Source: an uncultured delta proteobacterium
Lineage (GTDB): Bacteria; Myxococcota_A; Polyangia; Polyangiales; Polyangiaceae
Assembly: GCA_963782055.1 (NCBI GenBank)
Contig: CAWAIF010000003.1
Span: forward strand, 160,001 to 224,000
Length of the DNA: 64,000 nt
Direction: 5' to 3'
Positions within the stretch are counted from its first letter, which is position 1. Each line of letters begins with the position of its first letter. Position numbers and translations under genes: made by a program. The notes under the pieces are model-generated. The model ran no database searches. It was not told where the DNA came from and saw only the letters and a program-made list of their open reading frames with translations. Positions 1-10,034 of this stretch are shown here, piece by piece.

Positions 1-156
1 CCCAGCGGCAGCTCGTCAGCGGGCTGACGGCGGGAGGCGTGAAGGGTTAGGGGAACTTTACGTTCGCATTTTCACTCCGCGACGCGGCAGGCGCACTAAG
101 GGTTGGCGGGTGCGAAAAGTTGTACGAATCGGCCGATCCGTCGGATCGTACGCCGC

Positions 157-348
157 GTGGCTACCCGCTCCGCACCTCGCGATCGCTCGCCGGCCGAGCC
201 TCGGTCGACGTCCGCGCCGGACGCAACGGACAAGGAGCGCCGGTCGGAGGTCGACCGCCGTCGGGCCGATGATCGGCGCGTGTTCCCGCGCCCGGAAGGG
301 CGCCGCACCGGGGGTGGGAGGCGCCGCGGAGACCCCGCCGACGCGTGA
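157..348 (+). CDS. small Arg/Asp-rich protein (ERR/DRR repeats)
   Basis: 3' part of ORF 103..348 from GTG at 157; ERRSEVDRRRADDRR...GRRRGD; ends 25 bp before the RND operon on the same strand. Confidence 0.45.
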   Translation: MATRSAPRDRSPAEPRSTSAPDATDKERRSEVDRRRADDRRVFPRPEGRRTGGGRRRGDPADA

Positions 349-373
349 GGCATCTTAGGGGGCCCCGGAACGA

Positions 374-1501
374 ATGCGCCCCAGAGCCCTGGTCCTCTTC
401 GCCGCGTTGATGCTCCTGTCCTGCAAGGGAAAGGGGACGGCGCACGGGCACGCGCGCCCGCCGCCCCTCGTCGTGGTCTCCAAGGTCGAGACGCGCGACA
501 TGCCGGTGGAGGTCCGCGCCCCGGTGGACCTGCGGCCGCTCGCGCAGGCGGACGTCACCTCCAAGACGCTGGGGTACCTCGACGCCGTGCTGGTGGATCG
601 GGGCGACGTGGTCAAGCGCGGCCAGCTCCTGGCGCTCGTCCGCCCGAGCAATCTCCCCGACCAGCTCGCCGCCGCGCGCGGCAACCTCGCCCAGACCGAC
701 GCCGCCGTCCAGCTCGCCAAGACCAACCTGGACCGCGCGCAGCAGCTCGCCCCGAGCGGCGTCGTGTCGCAGCAGGAGCTGCAGACGGCGCAGTCGGCGT
801 ACGCCACCGCCCAGGCCTCGCAGGACGCCGCCAAGAGCCAGGTCGGCGCGCTCGCGGTGCGCCTGGGCGAGACGCGCATCACCGCGCCGCTGGACGGCAT
901 CGTCTCGGTGCGCCGGCTGGACCCGGGCGCGCTGGTGGGGCCCACCTCCGGCGGCAGCTCCATCATGACGATCGTGCGGGTGGACGTGCTGCGCGTCTTC
1001 ATCGCCATCCCGGAGCGGCAGGCCGCCGGCGTCACCGTCGGGAAGGACGCGCACGTCGAGCTGGAGGGCATGGAGGGCAAGAGCCTCAGCGGCAAGGTCG
1101 TGCGCGTCGCGCCGGTCATCGACCCGGGCACGCGCACCTTCGACGCCGAGGTCCAGCTCCCCAACCCCACCGGCGAGCTGCGCCCGGGCATGTTCGGCCG
1201 CGGCGCCATCGTCAAGGAGGTGCACCACGGCGTGCCGGTGATCCCGGCCGTCGCCCTCCTCCTCTCCGGCGAGGAGCGCTACGTCTACGTGCTCTCCGGC
1301 GACAAGGTGGAGCACCGCACGGTGACCACCGGCGTGGACGCGGGCACCGTGCTGGAGGTCACCTCCGGGCTGAAGGCCGGCGACGAGGTGGTGACCGCCG
1401 GGACCGAGGGCCTCTCCCCCGGGGAGACGGTGCGCCCGGTGCGGGGCGTGAGCCCGTACACGGGGACCCGTACCGACGGCGGCGGCGGAAGCGGGGGCTG
1501 A
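374..1501 (+). CDS. RND efflux periplasmic adaptor (membrane fusion protein), lipoprotein
   Basis: Lipobox-like LLSC; lipoyl-like halves (VDRGDVVKRGQLLA, ITAPLDGIV); DPGTRTF, LRPGMF motifs. Confidence 0.95.
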   Translation: MRPRALVLFAALMLLSCKGKGTAHGHARPPPLVVVSKVETRDMPVEVRAPVDLRPLAQADVTSKTLGYLDAVLVDRGDVVKRGQLLALVRPSNLPDQLAAARGNLAQTDAAVQLAKTNLDRAQQLAPSGVVSQQELQTAQSAYATAQASQDAAKSQVGALAVRLGETRITAPLDGIVSVRRLDPGALVGPTSGGSSIMTIVRVDVLRVFIAIPERQAAGVTVGKDAHVELEGMEGKSLSGKVVRVAPVIDPGTRTFDAEVQLPNPTGELRPGMFGRGAIVKEVHHGVPVIPAVALLLSGEERYVYVLSGDKVEHRTVTTGVDAGTVLEVTSGLKAGDEVVTAGTEGLSPGETVRPVRGVSPYTGTRTDGGGGSGG

Positions 1502-1504
1502 CCC

Positions 1505-4500
1505 ATGTGGCTCACGCGCCTCGCCCTGCGGAACCCCGTCTTCATCCTGATGATGTCGCTCATGACGATCGCGCTGGGCGCGGTCGCCGTGGACCGCCTG
1601 CCGGTCGACCTCTTCCCCAACATGACCATCCCGGTCATCCGCGTGGCCACCTTCTATACGGGCGCCGGCCCCGCGGACATCGAGAAGTCCATCACGCAGC
1701 CCGTCGAGCGCGCCGTCTCCGCCTCCCCCGGCGTCGACCACGTCGAGAGCACGTCCAAGCAGGGCGTCTCGGTCGTGACCGTGTACTTCGACTACGGCGT
1801 CAACCTGGACAACGCGCAGTTCGACGTGCAGCAGCGCGTCGCGCAGATCGTCAACTCCCTGCCTCCCGGCATCCAGCAGCCGTTCATCCTCAAGTTCGAC
1901 GTCACCAACATCCCTGTCGCGCAGGTCGTGGTGAGCGGCGACGGCATGGACGAAAAGCAGCTCTACGACCTCACCTACAACGTGATCGAGCCGCAGTTCG
2001 AGCGGCTGAACGGCGTGGCGAGCGCGACGGTCGCCGGCGGCAAGCAGCGCGAGATCGAGGTGAAGGTCGACCGCGACGCCCTGCGCGCGCGCAACCTGGG
2101 CATCCTGGACGTCGTCGACGCGGTGCGGACGAGCAACCTCCTCCTGCCCAGCGGTGATCTTCGCACCGGGGACCGCGACTACAACGTCTTCACCAACACG
2201 CAGGTCCAGTCGGCCAAGCCGCTGGAGGACGTGATCATGAAGACGCAGGGGCAGTCGCTCGGCCAGAGCGCCGCGGCGGTCCGCGTCGGGGACGTGGCGC
2301 GGGTGGAGGACACCACCGCCGACCAGCTCAACGTCGTGCGCATCAACGGCAAGCGCGGCGTCTTCATGCGCGTGCTCAAGCAGCCCACCGCCAACACGAT
2401 CCAGGTGGTCGACGAGGTGCGCGCGGAGATCCCCAAGCTGCGGGGCGTGCCGCCCAACGTGCACCTCGCCATCTCCTTCGACCAGTCGCGCTACATCCGG
2501 CAGGCGGTCAAGGCGCTGGAACACGAGGCGGGGCAGGGCGGCCTGCTCGCCGTCGTCGTCATCCTCGTCTTCCTCACCAGCTTCCGCGGCACCGCCATCG
2601 TCTCGGTGGCCATCCCCCTCTCCATCGTGGCGACCTTCGTGCTGCTCTACTTCACCAAGCAGTCGCTCAACGTCTTCACCCTGGGCGGGCTGGCGCTCGG
2701 CGTGGGGCGCCTGGTGGACGACTCCATCGTCGAGCTGGAGAACATCCACCGCCACCTGGACAAGGGACAGGACCGCAAGACCGCCGTCCTGGCCGCCGCC
2801 CAGGAGGTGGCGATGCCCATCCTGGTGTCGACCATCACCACCATCATCGTCTTCTTCCCGGTCCTCTTCCTGAAGGGCATCGCGCAGAACCTCTTCTTGC
2901 CGCTGGCGCTCACCATCTCCTTCGCCCTGATGATGAGCTTCTTCGTCTCGCGCACGGTGACGCCGCTGCTCAGCTACTACTGGCTGCGCCCGAGCAAGGG
3001 GGAGCGCTCCGGCATCTCCGGCTTCATCCTGGGGAGCCTGGACCGGCTGGACCGCGCGTACGCCCGAGCGCTGCGCTGGGTGCTGCGCCACCGCGCCCTC
3101 GTCATCGGCTTCATCCTGGCGTGCTTCGTCTCGTCGCTCTTCCTCTTCAAGAAGATCGGCACCGAGTTCTTCCCCCAGACCGACGAGAGCCAGGTCCAGA
3201 TCACCTTCCGCACGCCCATCGGTACGCGCGTCGAGCACACCGAGCAGGTGTCCGAGCGCATCGAGAAGGCGATCGACAAGGCGCTCGCCGCGCCGGGAGG
3301 CAAGGGCGTCTACTACAACACGGTGCTGGTGGACGACGGCCTGCCCAGCGGCCGCTCCGCCCTCTTCTCCCCCAACACCGGGCCGCACGCGGGGACGGTC
3401 TCGGTCAACCTGTTGCCGGTGGACGAGCGCCCCATCAGCGACGTCCAGGCGACGGAGAAGATCCGCGCCGCCCTCGACGACCACTTCCCCGGGACCAAGA
3501 TCTACTTCTTCACCGGCGGCATCGTGAAGCGGATCCTCAACTTCGGGTCGCCCGCGCCGATCGACGTGGAGATCCTCGGCTACGATCTGGAGAAGGGCTC
3601 GGAGTACGCCAAGGTGGTCGCGCGCGGCCTCGGGGGCGCGAAGGGCCCCGACGGCCAGCTGCTCATGACCGACGTGCAGATCTCCCGCGAGGAGAACTAC
3701 CCCGAGCTGGACATCGACGTGGACCGCGAGAAGGCGGGTCTGCTCGGCATCTCGGAGCAGACGGTCGCCCAGAGCGTGCTCACCACCCTCGTCGGCAACA
3801 CGCAGTTCTTGCCCATCCCCTTCACCGACCCCAAGAGCGGCAACGAGTACTTCATCAACGTGCGCATGCAGGACTCGGAGCGCTCGCACCTGGACGACCT
3901 GCGCGACGTCTACCTGCGCACCACCTCCGGCGGCATGGTGCCCCTGGGCAACCTGGCGCGCGTGGACCGCTCCAGCGGCCCGGTCACGATCACCCGCAAG
4001 TATTTGCAGCGCATCATCAACGTGACCGCCAACGTCGCGCCCCAGAAGGATCTCGGCGCCGCCAGCGACGCGGCGCAGAAGGTCCTCGACGACGCGCCGC
4101 CGCCGGACGGCTTCTCCGCGCGCCTGGGCGGACAGACCGCGGCGCAGAAGGAGGCCTTCGCGGGCCTCGCCTTCGCGGCCTTCATGGCGCTCGCGCTCGT
4201 CTACATGGTGCTCGCCTCGCAGTTCAAGTCGCTGGTGGACCCGCTCGTCATCATGTTCAGCGTCCCGCTCGGGATCACCGGCGTGCTCGTGGTGCTCTAC
4301 CTGACCGGCACGACCCTGAGCGTGAACAGCGCGATGGGCGTCATCATGATGGTGGGCATCGTCGTCTCCAACGGCGTCCTGCTGGTGGACTTCGCCAACG
4401 TGCTCCGCCGGCGCGGCAAGCCCCTGGTGGAGGCGACGGTCGAGGCGGCGCACACTCGCCTGCGCCCCATCCTGATGACCACCATCGCCACCGTCATGGG

Positions 4501-4696
4501 CCTCACCCCCATGGCCCTCGGCATCGGCGAGGGGAGCGAGACCAACCTCCCGCTCGCCCGGGCCGTCATCGGCGGCCTCATCGTCTCCACCGTGTTCACC
4601 CTCTTCTTGATCCCGTCGCTCTACACGCTGCTCGACCGCTTCGCCCGGCGCGAGCAGCCGGACGACGACGGCCCCACCCCGGAGGCAGCGACATGA
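1505..4696 (+). CDS. RND efflux permease, AcrB/AcrD/AcrF family
   Basis: 1063 aa; LPVDLFP, GRLVDDSIVELENI, RLRPILMT motifs; multiple TM segments. Confidence 0.97.
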   Translation: MWLTRLALRNPVFILMMSLMTIALGAVAVDRLPVDLFPNMTIPVIRVATFYTGAGPADIEKSITQPVERAVSASPGVDHVESTSKQGVSVVTVYFDYGVNLDNAQFDVQQRVAQIVNSLPPGIQQPFILKFDVTNIPVAQVVVSGDGMDEKQLYDLTYNVIEPQFERLNGVASATVAGGKQREIEVKVDRDALRARNLGILDVVDAVRTSNLLLPSGDLRTGDRDYNVFTNTQVQSAKPLEDVIMKTQGQSLGQSAAAVRVGDVARVEDTTADQLNVVRINGKRGVFMRVLKQPTANTIQVVDEVRAEIPKLRGVPPNVHLAISFDQSRYIRQAVKALEHEAGQGGLLAVVVILVFLTSFRGTAIVSVAIPLSIVATFVLLYFTKQSLNVFTLGGLALGVGRLVDDSIVELENIHRHLDKGQDRKTAVLAAAQEVAMPILVSTITTIIVFFPVLFLKGIAQNLFLPLALTISFALMMSFFVSRTVTPLLSYYWLRPSKGERSGISGFILGSLDRLDRAYARALRWVLRHRALVIGFILACFVSSLFLFKKIGTEFFPQTDESQVQITFRTPIGTRVEHTEQVSERIEKAIDKALAAPGGKGVYYNTVLVDDGLPSGRSALFSPNTGPHAGTVSVNLLPVDERPISDVQATEKIRAALDDHFPGTKIYFFTGGIVKRILNFGSPAPIDVEILGYDLEKGSEYAKVVARGLGGAKGPDGQLLMTDVQISREENYPELDIDVDREKAGLLGISEQTVAQSVLTTLVGNTQFLPIPFTDPKSGNEYFINVRMQDSERSHLDDLRDVYLRTTSGGMVPLGNLARVDRSSGPVTITRKYLQRIINVTANVAPQKDLGAASDAAQKVLDDAPPPDGFSARLGGQTAAQKEAFAGLAFAAFMALALVYMVLASQFKSLVDPLVIMFSVPLGITGVLVVLYLTGTTLSVNSAMGVIMMVGIVVSNGVLLVDFANVLRRRGKPLVEATVEAAHTRLRPILMTTIATVMGLTPMALGIGEGSETNLPLARAVIGGLIVSTVFTLFLIPSLYTLLDRFARREQPDDDGPTPEAAT

Positions 4697-5967
4697 CGCA
4701 CACGCGGGCGGCCCTCGCGGCCGCGGTCCTCGCGCTGGCGGCGGCGCACCCCGCGCGAGCGCAGGAGGCTACGGCGAAGATTGGCTTCGCGGCCGCGGTG
4801 AAGCAGGCGATGACGAACAACCCCACCGCCGCCCACTCGCGCGCGGAGCTCACGCGGGCCCAGGCGCTGGTGCGCGAGGTGCGCGCCGCGGCGATGCCGA
4901 CGCTCAACCTCAACGTCACCTACACCCACCTGGACGCCAACCGCACCCTCTCCTCCGGTCAGGTGATCCAGAACGCCGACTCGCTCAACGGCACCCTGGT
5001 GCTGGACGTTCCCATCCTCGCGCCCCGGCAGTGGGCCGCGTGGTCGCACCAGGTCGACGAGGTCGACGTGCAGCGCTTCACCACCGCCGACGCCGCCCGC
5101 CAGGCCGCGCTGGCCGCCGCGCGCGCGTACCTCGCCGTGATCACCAGCCAGCGGCTCGTGCAGGTGTCGCAGGTGGCGCGCGACGACGCCAAGGATCACT
5201 ACGGCTACGCCAAGACGCGGCTGGCCGGCGGCATCGGCAACACCCTGGACGAGGCCCGCGCGCGCCAGCAGCTCGCCAGCGACGAGGTGACGCTGCAGAA
5301 CGCCAACATCAGCCTCGTGCGCGCGGAGGAGACGCTCGGCGTGGTGGTGGGCGTGGACCGGCCGCTCACCGCCGATGGGGAGCCCAGGCTGGACGCGCCG
5401 GCCGACCTGGCCGCCGCCCTCACCGCGTCCGACCACCGGCCGGACCTGCGCGCGGGCGAGGCTCACGCGGAGGCGGCGCGTCACGTCGAACGCGACTCGT
5501 GGACGGACTACATGCCGATGCTCTCGGTGGCGCTCCAGGGCGCCTACCAGAACCCGCCCACCTTCGTCCTGCCGCAGACGAGCTGGGAGGCGCAGGTCTT
5601 CTTGACCGTGCCGCTCTACGACGGCGGGCTCCGCTACGGCCAGAAGGACGAGCGCGAGGCGCTCTACCAGGAGGCGCGCGTCGACCTCGCGGGTCATCAG
5701 CGGCAGGTGCGCGCCGACGTGCGCACGGCGTTCAAGGCGGCGCGTCTGGCGGACATGGCGCTGAAGGCGGCGCGCGACGCGGCGGACGCGGCCAAGCACG
5801 CGCTCGATCTGGCCGACCGCGCCTACCGCGCGGGCGCGACCGACAACCTCGCCCTCATCGACGCGCAGCGCGTCGCCCGGGACACCGCGCTGCTCGCCAC
5901 CCTCGCCGAGGACACGGCGCGGCAGGCCAAGCTGGACCTGCTCGCCGCTTCAGGTCGGTTTCCGTGA
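4693..5967 (+). CDS. TolC family outer membrane efflux protein
   Basis: ATG at 4693 overlaps the permease stop (ATGA); signal peptide; VPLYDGG, RYRAG-like OEP repeats. Confidence 0.9.
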   Translation: MTHTRAALAAAVLALAAAHPARAQEATAKIGFAAAVKQAMTNNPTAAHSRAELTRAQALVREVRAAAMPTLNLNVTYTHLDANRTLSSGQVIQNADSLNGTLVLDVPILAPRQWAAWSHQVDEVDVQRFTTADAARQAALAAARAYLAVITSQRLVQVSQVARDDAKDHYGYAKTRLAGGIGNTLDEARARQQLASDEVTLQNANISLVRAEETLGVVVGVDRPLTADGEPRLDAPADLAAALTASDHRPDLRAGEAHAEAARHVERDSWTDYMPMLSVALQGAYQNPPTFVLPQTSWEAQVFLTVPLYDGGLRYGQKDEREALYQEARVDLAGHQRQVRADVRTAFKAARLADMALKAARDAADAAKHALDLADRAYRAGATDNLALIDAQRVARDTALLATLAEDTARQAKLDLLAASGRFP

Positions 5968-6189
5968 CTCCAGGTCCGCGTTCTCGCGGGCGACGCGGGC
6001 GTGGAACTCGTCGGGCGACTCGTCCGGCTGGCGGAAGCGGTAGCCCCCGGAGCTGACAGGCGCGACGAAGTCCGCCGGCTGACTCGGGGGCGCGGCGTCG
6101 TCCGCCGACTGCTTGCGCGCCAGCGACACGGCCACGAGGACCCCGACCACGACCACCAACACGGCGCCGACGCCGAGCACGAGCAGCAT
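5950..6189 (-). CDS. small single-pass membrane protein, hypothetical
   Basis: N-terminal hydrophobic helix; upstream TTGACA-N17-CAGCCT on the - strand. Confidence 0.55.
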   Translation of the reverse strand: MLLVLGVGAVLVVVVGVLVAVSLARKQSADDAAPPSQPADFVAPVSSGGYRFRQPDESPDEFHARVARENADLESRKPT

Positions 6190-6282
6190 GAAGGTTACCC
6201 CGTCGCAAGGCTGCCCCTGCCGCCCCGACCTGTCAACCGGGAGCGCGGACCGGCCGGCGGGGTGCTATGGCGTCTCTTCGAC

Positions 6283-7356
6283 GTGACCACCCGCAAGAGG
6301 AACCTCCTCGTGCTCCTCGCCGTCCTGGCGGTCGCCCTGGTCGGGGCGTGGTTCGGCGCGCCCCCGCCCGCGCCGGAGCGCGCGCTCGACGCCGTGCCGC
6401 GGGGGTCCTTTCTCGTCGCCACCATCGACCTCACCAGGCTGCGCGCGTCTCCCCTCGCCGCCGAGCTCGGGGTCCTGCAGGAGGTGAGCGACGTCGCCTC
6501 GCGCTGCGGCTTCAATCCGCTGGCGCGGGCCAAGGTGGTCGCCGTGGCCGTCCCGGAGGAGGAAAACGGGGAGTTCGGCCTCGCCGTCACCCACGACCTG
6601 TCCCCGGAGGAGATCCGCGGCTGCGCGTCCCGTGTCATGGCCGAGCGCGGCGCGTCACCGCGCCTGCGCCAGGAGGGCGCGTACTGGGTGCTCGACCAGG
6701 ACGAGGGCGGCGACGGGCTCGCGCAGCCGGAGATCGCCTACCGCCAGGGCGCGCCGCTGCTCGTCGGGCGCGGCGCGTGGCTCACCACCATGCGCAAGGC
6801 GCTGGACCGCGAGGTGCCCCGGCTGGACGCCAAGGACCCTCACTCCGCGCTGCGCGCCGCAGTCACCGGCCCCGACGCGCCCGCTGTCGTCGTCTCCGCG
6901 GTGCTGCCGCGCCGCCTCCGAGAGCGCCTCAAGCGGGAGATGGCCGGCGAGGCGGAGGGCCACGGCGCCGCGACGATGGACGCCGTGCTCTCCGTCTCGG
7001 AGGCGGCGGCCTCGCTCACGCTCCACGACGCGGGCAGATCGATGCACCTCGCCGTGCACCTGGTCTGCGAGGACGCCGCGTCGTGCGAGACCGTGCGCGC
7101 GTTCCTCGAGCGCAAGCGCAGCGCGATCGCCTCGCGACCGGGCGCGCACCTGGTCGGGATCGGGCAGGTGCTGGACGCGGTGCACCTGGAGGCCCACGGC
7201 GCCGCGCTCGACGCGACGCTCGACGCCCGCGTGGACGACGTCATCCGCGCCGCCCGCGCCGCCTGGAAGTACGGCTCGGCCCCCGCGCCCGCGCAGCCCC
7301 TCGACGCCGGCGTCGCGCTGCACCCGGACGAGGTGCTGCGCGCGCGCGACCGGTAG
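6283..7356 (+). CDS. membrane-anchored hypothetical protein
   Basis: GTG start then RKR plus hydrophobic anchor; typical GC3 codon use; fills the gap before trxA. Confidence 0.7.
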   Translation: MTTRKRNLLVLLAVLAVALVGAWFGAPPPAPERALDAVPRGSFLVATIDLTRLRASPLAAELGVLQEVSDVASRCGFNPLARAKVVAVAVPEEENGEFGLAVTHDLSPEEIRGCASRVMAERGASPRLRQEGAYWVLDQDEGGDGLAQPEIAYRQGAPLLVGRGAWLTTMRKALDREVPRLDAKDPHSALRAAVTGPDAPAVVVSAVLPRRLRERLKREMAGEAEGHGAATMDAVLSVSEAAASLTLHDAGRSMHLAVHLVCEDAASCETVRAFLERKRSAIASRPGAHLVGIGQVLDAVHLEAHGAALDATLDARVDDVIRAARAAWKYGSAPAPAQPLDAGVALHPDEVLRARDR

Positions 7357-7435
7357 CCCGAGGAGGGCGCGTCGAGTGGATTTTCGGCCCCACGGGGTCT
7401 ACCCTAGGGCACGCTTCCCCACAGGAGGAGGGCCC

Positions 7436-7762
7436 ATGTCGGCGAGCAAGAACGTCATCAGCCTGAGCGACACCACCTTCGAGGACGAGGTGCTCAAGTC
7501 CTCCGCACCCGTGCTCGTGGATTTCACCGCGACGTGGTGCGGGCCGTGCAAGCAGCTCGCGCCCATCGTGGAGAAGATCGCCGACGAGAACGTGGGCAAG
7601 TACAAGGTCGCCAAGGTGGACATCGACGACTGTCCCTCGGTGGCGCAGCGGTATCGCATCAAGGGCGTGCCCACGGTGATGGTGTTCCAGGGAGGGGAGC
7701 TCAAGGGACAGCACGTCGGCGTGACCAACAAGGAGACGCTCCTCAAGCTCCTCCAGGGCTGA
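7436..7762 (+). CDS. trxA: thioredoxin
   Basis: WCGPC active site; SD GGAGGAG upstream. Confidence 0.97.
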   Translation: MSASKNVISLSDTTFEDEVLKSSAPVLVDFTATWCGPCKQLAPIVEKIADENVGKYKVAKVDIDDCPSVAQRYRIKGVPTVMVFQGGELKGQHVGVTNKETLLKLLQG

Positions 7763-7792
7763 TCCAGCCCCCGCGCCGCCCCAAAGGAGCGA

Positions 7793-9922
7793 ATGTTCAC
7801 CAGCGACCCGCGTCTCCTCGCACTGCGTGACAGCCTGCCAGGGCAGGTGCTGCGAGGGAGCGGCCGCGTGCAGTACCACATCCGAGAGCGCATCGGCGAG
7901 GGCGGCCAGGGCTGGGTCTTCACGGCCAACTGGGACGAGCCGGGCGGCTTCGTCGTCATCGTCAAGGTGCTGCGGCCGGACGCGGTCAACTCCGACACGA
8001 TGCGCCGCTTCCAGCGGGAGGCGGACGTGCTGCGCATGCTCTCGCAGCAGGGCCAGCCCAACCCCTACATCGTCCGCTTCTACGATCACGCCACCGCGGT
8101 CATCCCGCGCCCCGGCCACGAGCCCTTCACGCTCCCCTTCACGGTGCTGGAGTACGTCAACGGCACCACGCTGGAGCGCGTGCTCGACGCGCAGCCGGGC
8201 AAGGGCCTCCCGGTGGAGCGCGTCCGGCGGCTGCTGCGGCAGGTGTCGCAGGCGCTGGAGATCGTGCACGCCAAGAAGGTCATCCACCGCGATCTCAAGC
8301 CCTCCAACATCCTCCTGGCCACCGAGGCCGGCTCGGAGATCGCCAAGGTCACCGACTTCGGACTGGTGAAGCTGGTGGACGTCGGCCTCGCGCGCACCGC
8401 CACGCTCGCCGGCGCGTCGCTCGGGTACGCGCCCCCGGAGCAGTACGAGCAGGGCAACGCCCGCGTGGGCGAGCGCACCGATGTCTTCTCCCTCGCCGCC
8501 ATCGCCTACGAGATGCTCGCCGGCAAGATGGCCTTCCCCTACCGGGACGGCGAGAACCCGCTGCTCATCGTGACGCGCATCCTCAACGAGGCGCGCCCGC
8601 AGCTCGCCAAGAACCCGGAGGGCCTCTCCGCGGAGCTGCGCGGCCGGCCGGACCTGGTCTCGGTGCTCGACACGCAGATCGGCCGCGCCCTCTCGGCGGA
8701 CCCGGCCGCGCGGCACCCGACCATCACCGACTTCTTCGCGTCCATCGAGCCGGTGCTCCGCGCCGCGGCCAGCAACCAGCGCAGCTCGGCACCGCCCCCG
8801 TCGCGCGCGCTCCCCTTCTCGGAGACGGTCCCGGCGTCCATGTCCTCGCCGCAGGTCTCCATCCAGCCCTCGCAGGTCCCGGTGATGATCCCCTCGACCA
8901 ACGCCGGCGCCATGGCCGACGCGATGCGCCGGCCCTCCGGTCCGTCGCCGGTGCCGTACGTCTCCATCTCGCCGAACGCGAGCTCCAGCGAGCACCCCAT
9001 TCGTCCCCGTGGCGACACCTCCAACCCGGCCCTCTGGACGTGGCGCGTCATCACGCCACCCATCAAGCCGGACGTGCTGCGCGCTGCCTGCTTCCTCGAG
9101 GGCGGGCAGATCGCCGCCGCCGTCGGTCCGACCGGCCTCGCCCGGTGGGAGCGCGGCCAGTGGCTCGGCGTGTCGCTGCCGCCGGGCCTCGATCCCGGAC
9201 GGGCGCGCGGGGTCAAGCTCCTGCGCGACGGCAGCACGCTCCTCTTCGGCGAGGGCGGGCTGGTCGTGCGCATCTCGCCGACGGGCGCGTTCGAGCAGCT
9301 CACCCTGGCCGACCCGCAGGCGACCCTCCACGGCGCCGTGGCCGATGGCGCGAGCGTCACCCTCGTGGGCGACCGGCCCGCGCGGACGCTGGGGAGCGCC
9401 CCGGACGCCCGCGTCGGCTTCGTCGTGCAGTACCAGGGGCCCGGCATCTCCATGCTCGCCGATGTCGCGCAGGTCACGCGTCTGCGCGCGGTCACGCACC
9501 TGACCGCCGGCGTGTCCCTCGCCACCGGCGACCGCGGCGCCCTCGTCCGCATCGAGTCGGGCGTGGCGCGCTACGTCGGCTCCCTCTGCAATGGCGACCT
9601 CATGGATGTCGTCGCCTTGCCGGACGGCGGCGCGGTCACCGTCGGCACCGGTGGCCACGCGCTGACGATCACGCCCGCGATGCAGTGGCACCTGGAGGCG
9701 GTGCAGACCACCGCCGACCTCACCTCGGCGTGCGTCACCGCGGAGGGCACCGCGTGGGCGGGCGCGCAGAAGACCCGCATCGTCCGCCGCACGGGGGAAG
9801 CGTGGGTCCGCATGTCTGCGGAGGTGGGGGTCCAGTCGCCGGTGCGCGCGCTCTGGGCGGGGGCGCGCATCGTCCGCGCGCTCTGCGACGACGGCGCCGT
9901 GATCGAGGGCCGCCTCCCGTAA
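7793..9922 (+). CDS. Ser/Thr protein kinase with C-terminal beta-propeller-like domain
   Basis: GEGGQG, VKVL, HRDLKPSN, DFG, YAPPE; Pro/Ser linker; repeated VGxxG-type blades; no clear TM. Confidence 0.93.
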   Translation: MFTSDPRLLALRDSLPGQVLRGSGRVQYHIRERIGEGGQGWVFTANWDEPGGFVVIVKVLRPDAVNSDTMRRFQREADVLRMLSQQGQPNPYIVRFYDHATAVIPRPGHEPFTLPFTVLEYVNGTTLERVLDAQPGKGLPVERVRRLLRQVSQALEIVHAKKVIHRDLKPSNILLATEAGSEIAKVTDFGLVKLVDVGLARTATLAGASLGYAPPEQYEQGNARVGERTDVFSLAAIAYEMLAGKMAFPYRDGENPLLIVTRILNEARPQLAKNPEGLSAELRGRPDLVSVLDTQIGRALSADPAARHPTITDFFASIEPVLRAAASNQRSSAPPPSRALPFSETVPASMSSPQVSIQPSQVPVMIPSTNAGAMADAMRRPSGPSPVPYVSISPNASSSEHPIRPRGDTSNPALWTWRVITPPIKPDVLRAACFLEGGQIAAAVGPTGLARWERGQWLGVSLPPGLDPGRARGVKLLRDGSTLLFGEGGLVVRISPTGAFEQLTLADPQATLHGAVADGASVTLVGDRPARTLGSAPDARVGFVVQYQGPGISMLADVAQVTRLRAVTHLTAGVSLATGDRGALVRIESGVARYVGSLCNGDLMDVVALPDGGAVTVGTGGHALTITPAMQWHLEAVQTTADLTSACVTAEGTAWAGAQKTRIVRRTGEAWVRMSAEVGVQSPVRALWAGARIVRALCDDGAVIEGRLP

Positions 9923-10034
9923 CCCCGCGCCGCGAGGACGCGGCCGCACTCACCGAAGCATGTCGCGTCGAGCCGTATCCAGCGTCCCACCGCCCCCGCG
10001 CCCGGCCGCGCGCGCCATCGGCCGGCGGCCGCGG

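Noticed and set aside
161..4453. 1430-aa ORF on the - strand, and similar long ORFs at 7241..9949, 25061..28594, 29848..33159, 58127..61618
   Set aside because: Antisense or off-frame shadows of real genes; expected at this GC content because stop codons are scarce; no recognisable motifs
3121..4692. N-terminal extensions in the ORF track (TolC from 3121, DHS from 39015, NikR from 54714, TonB from 57368)
   Set aside because: They overlap other real genes; homology and start signals begin at the downstream starts I used
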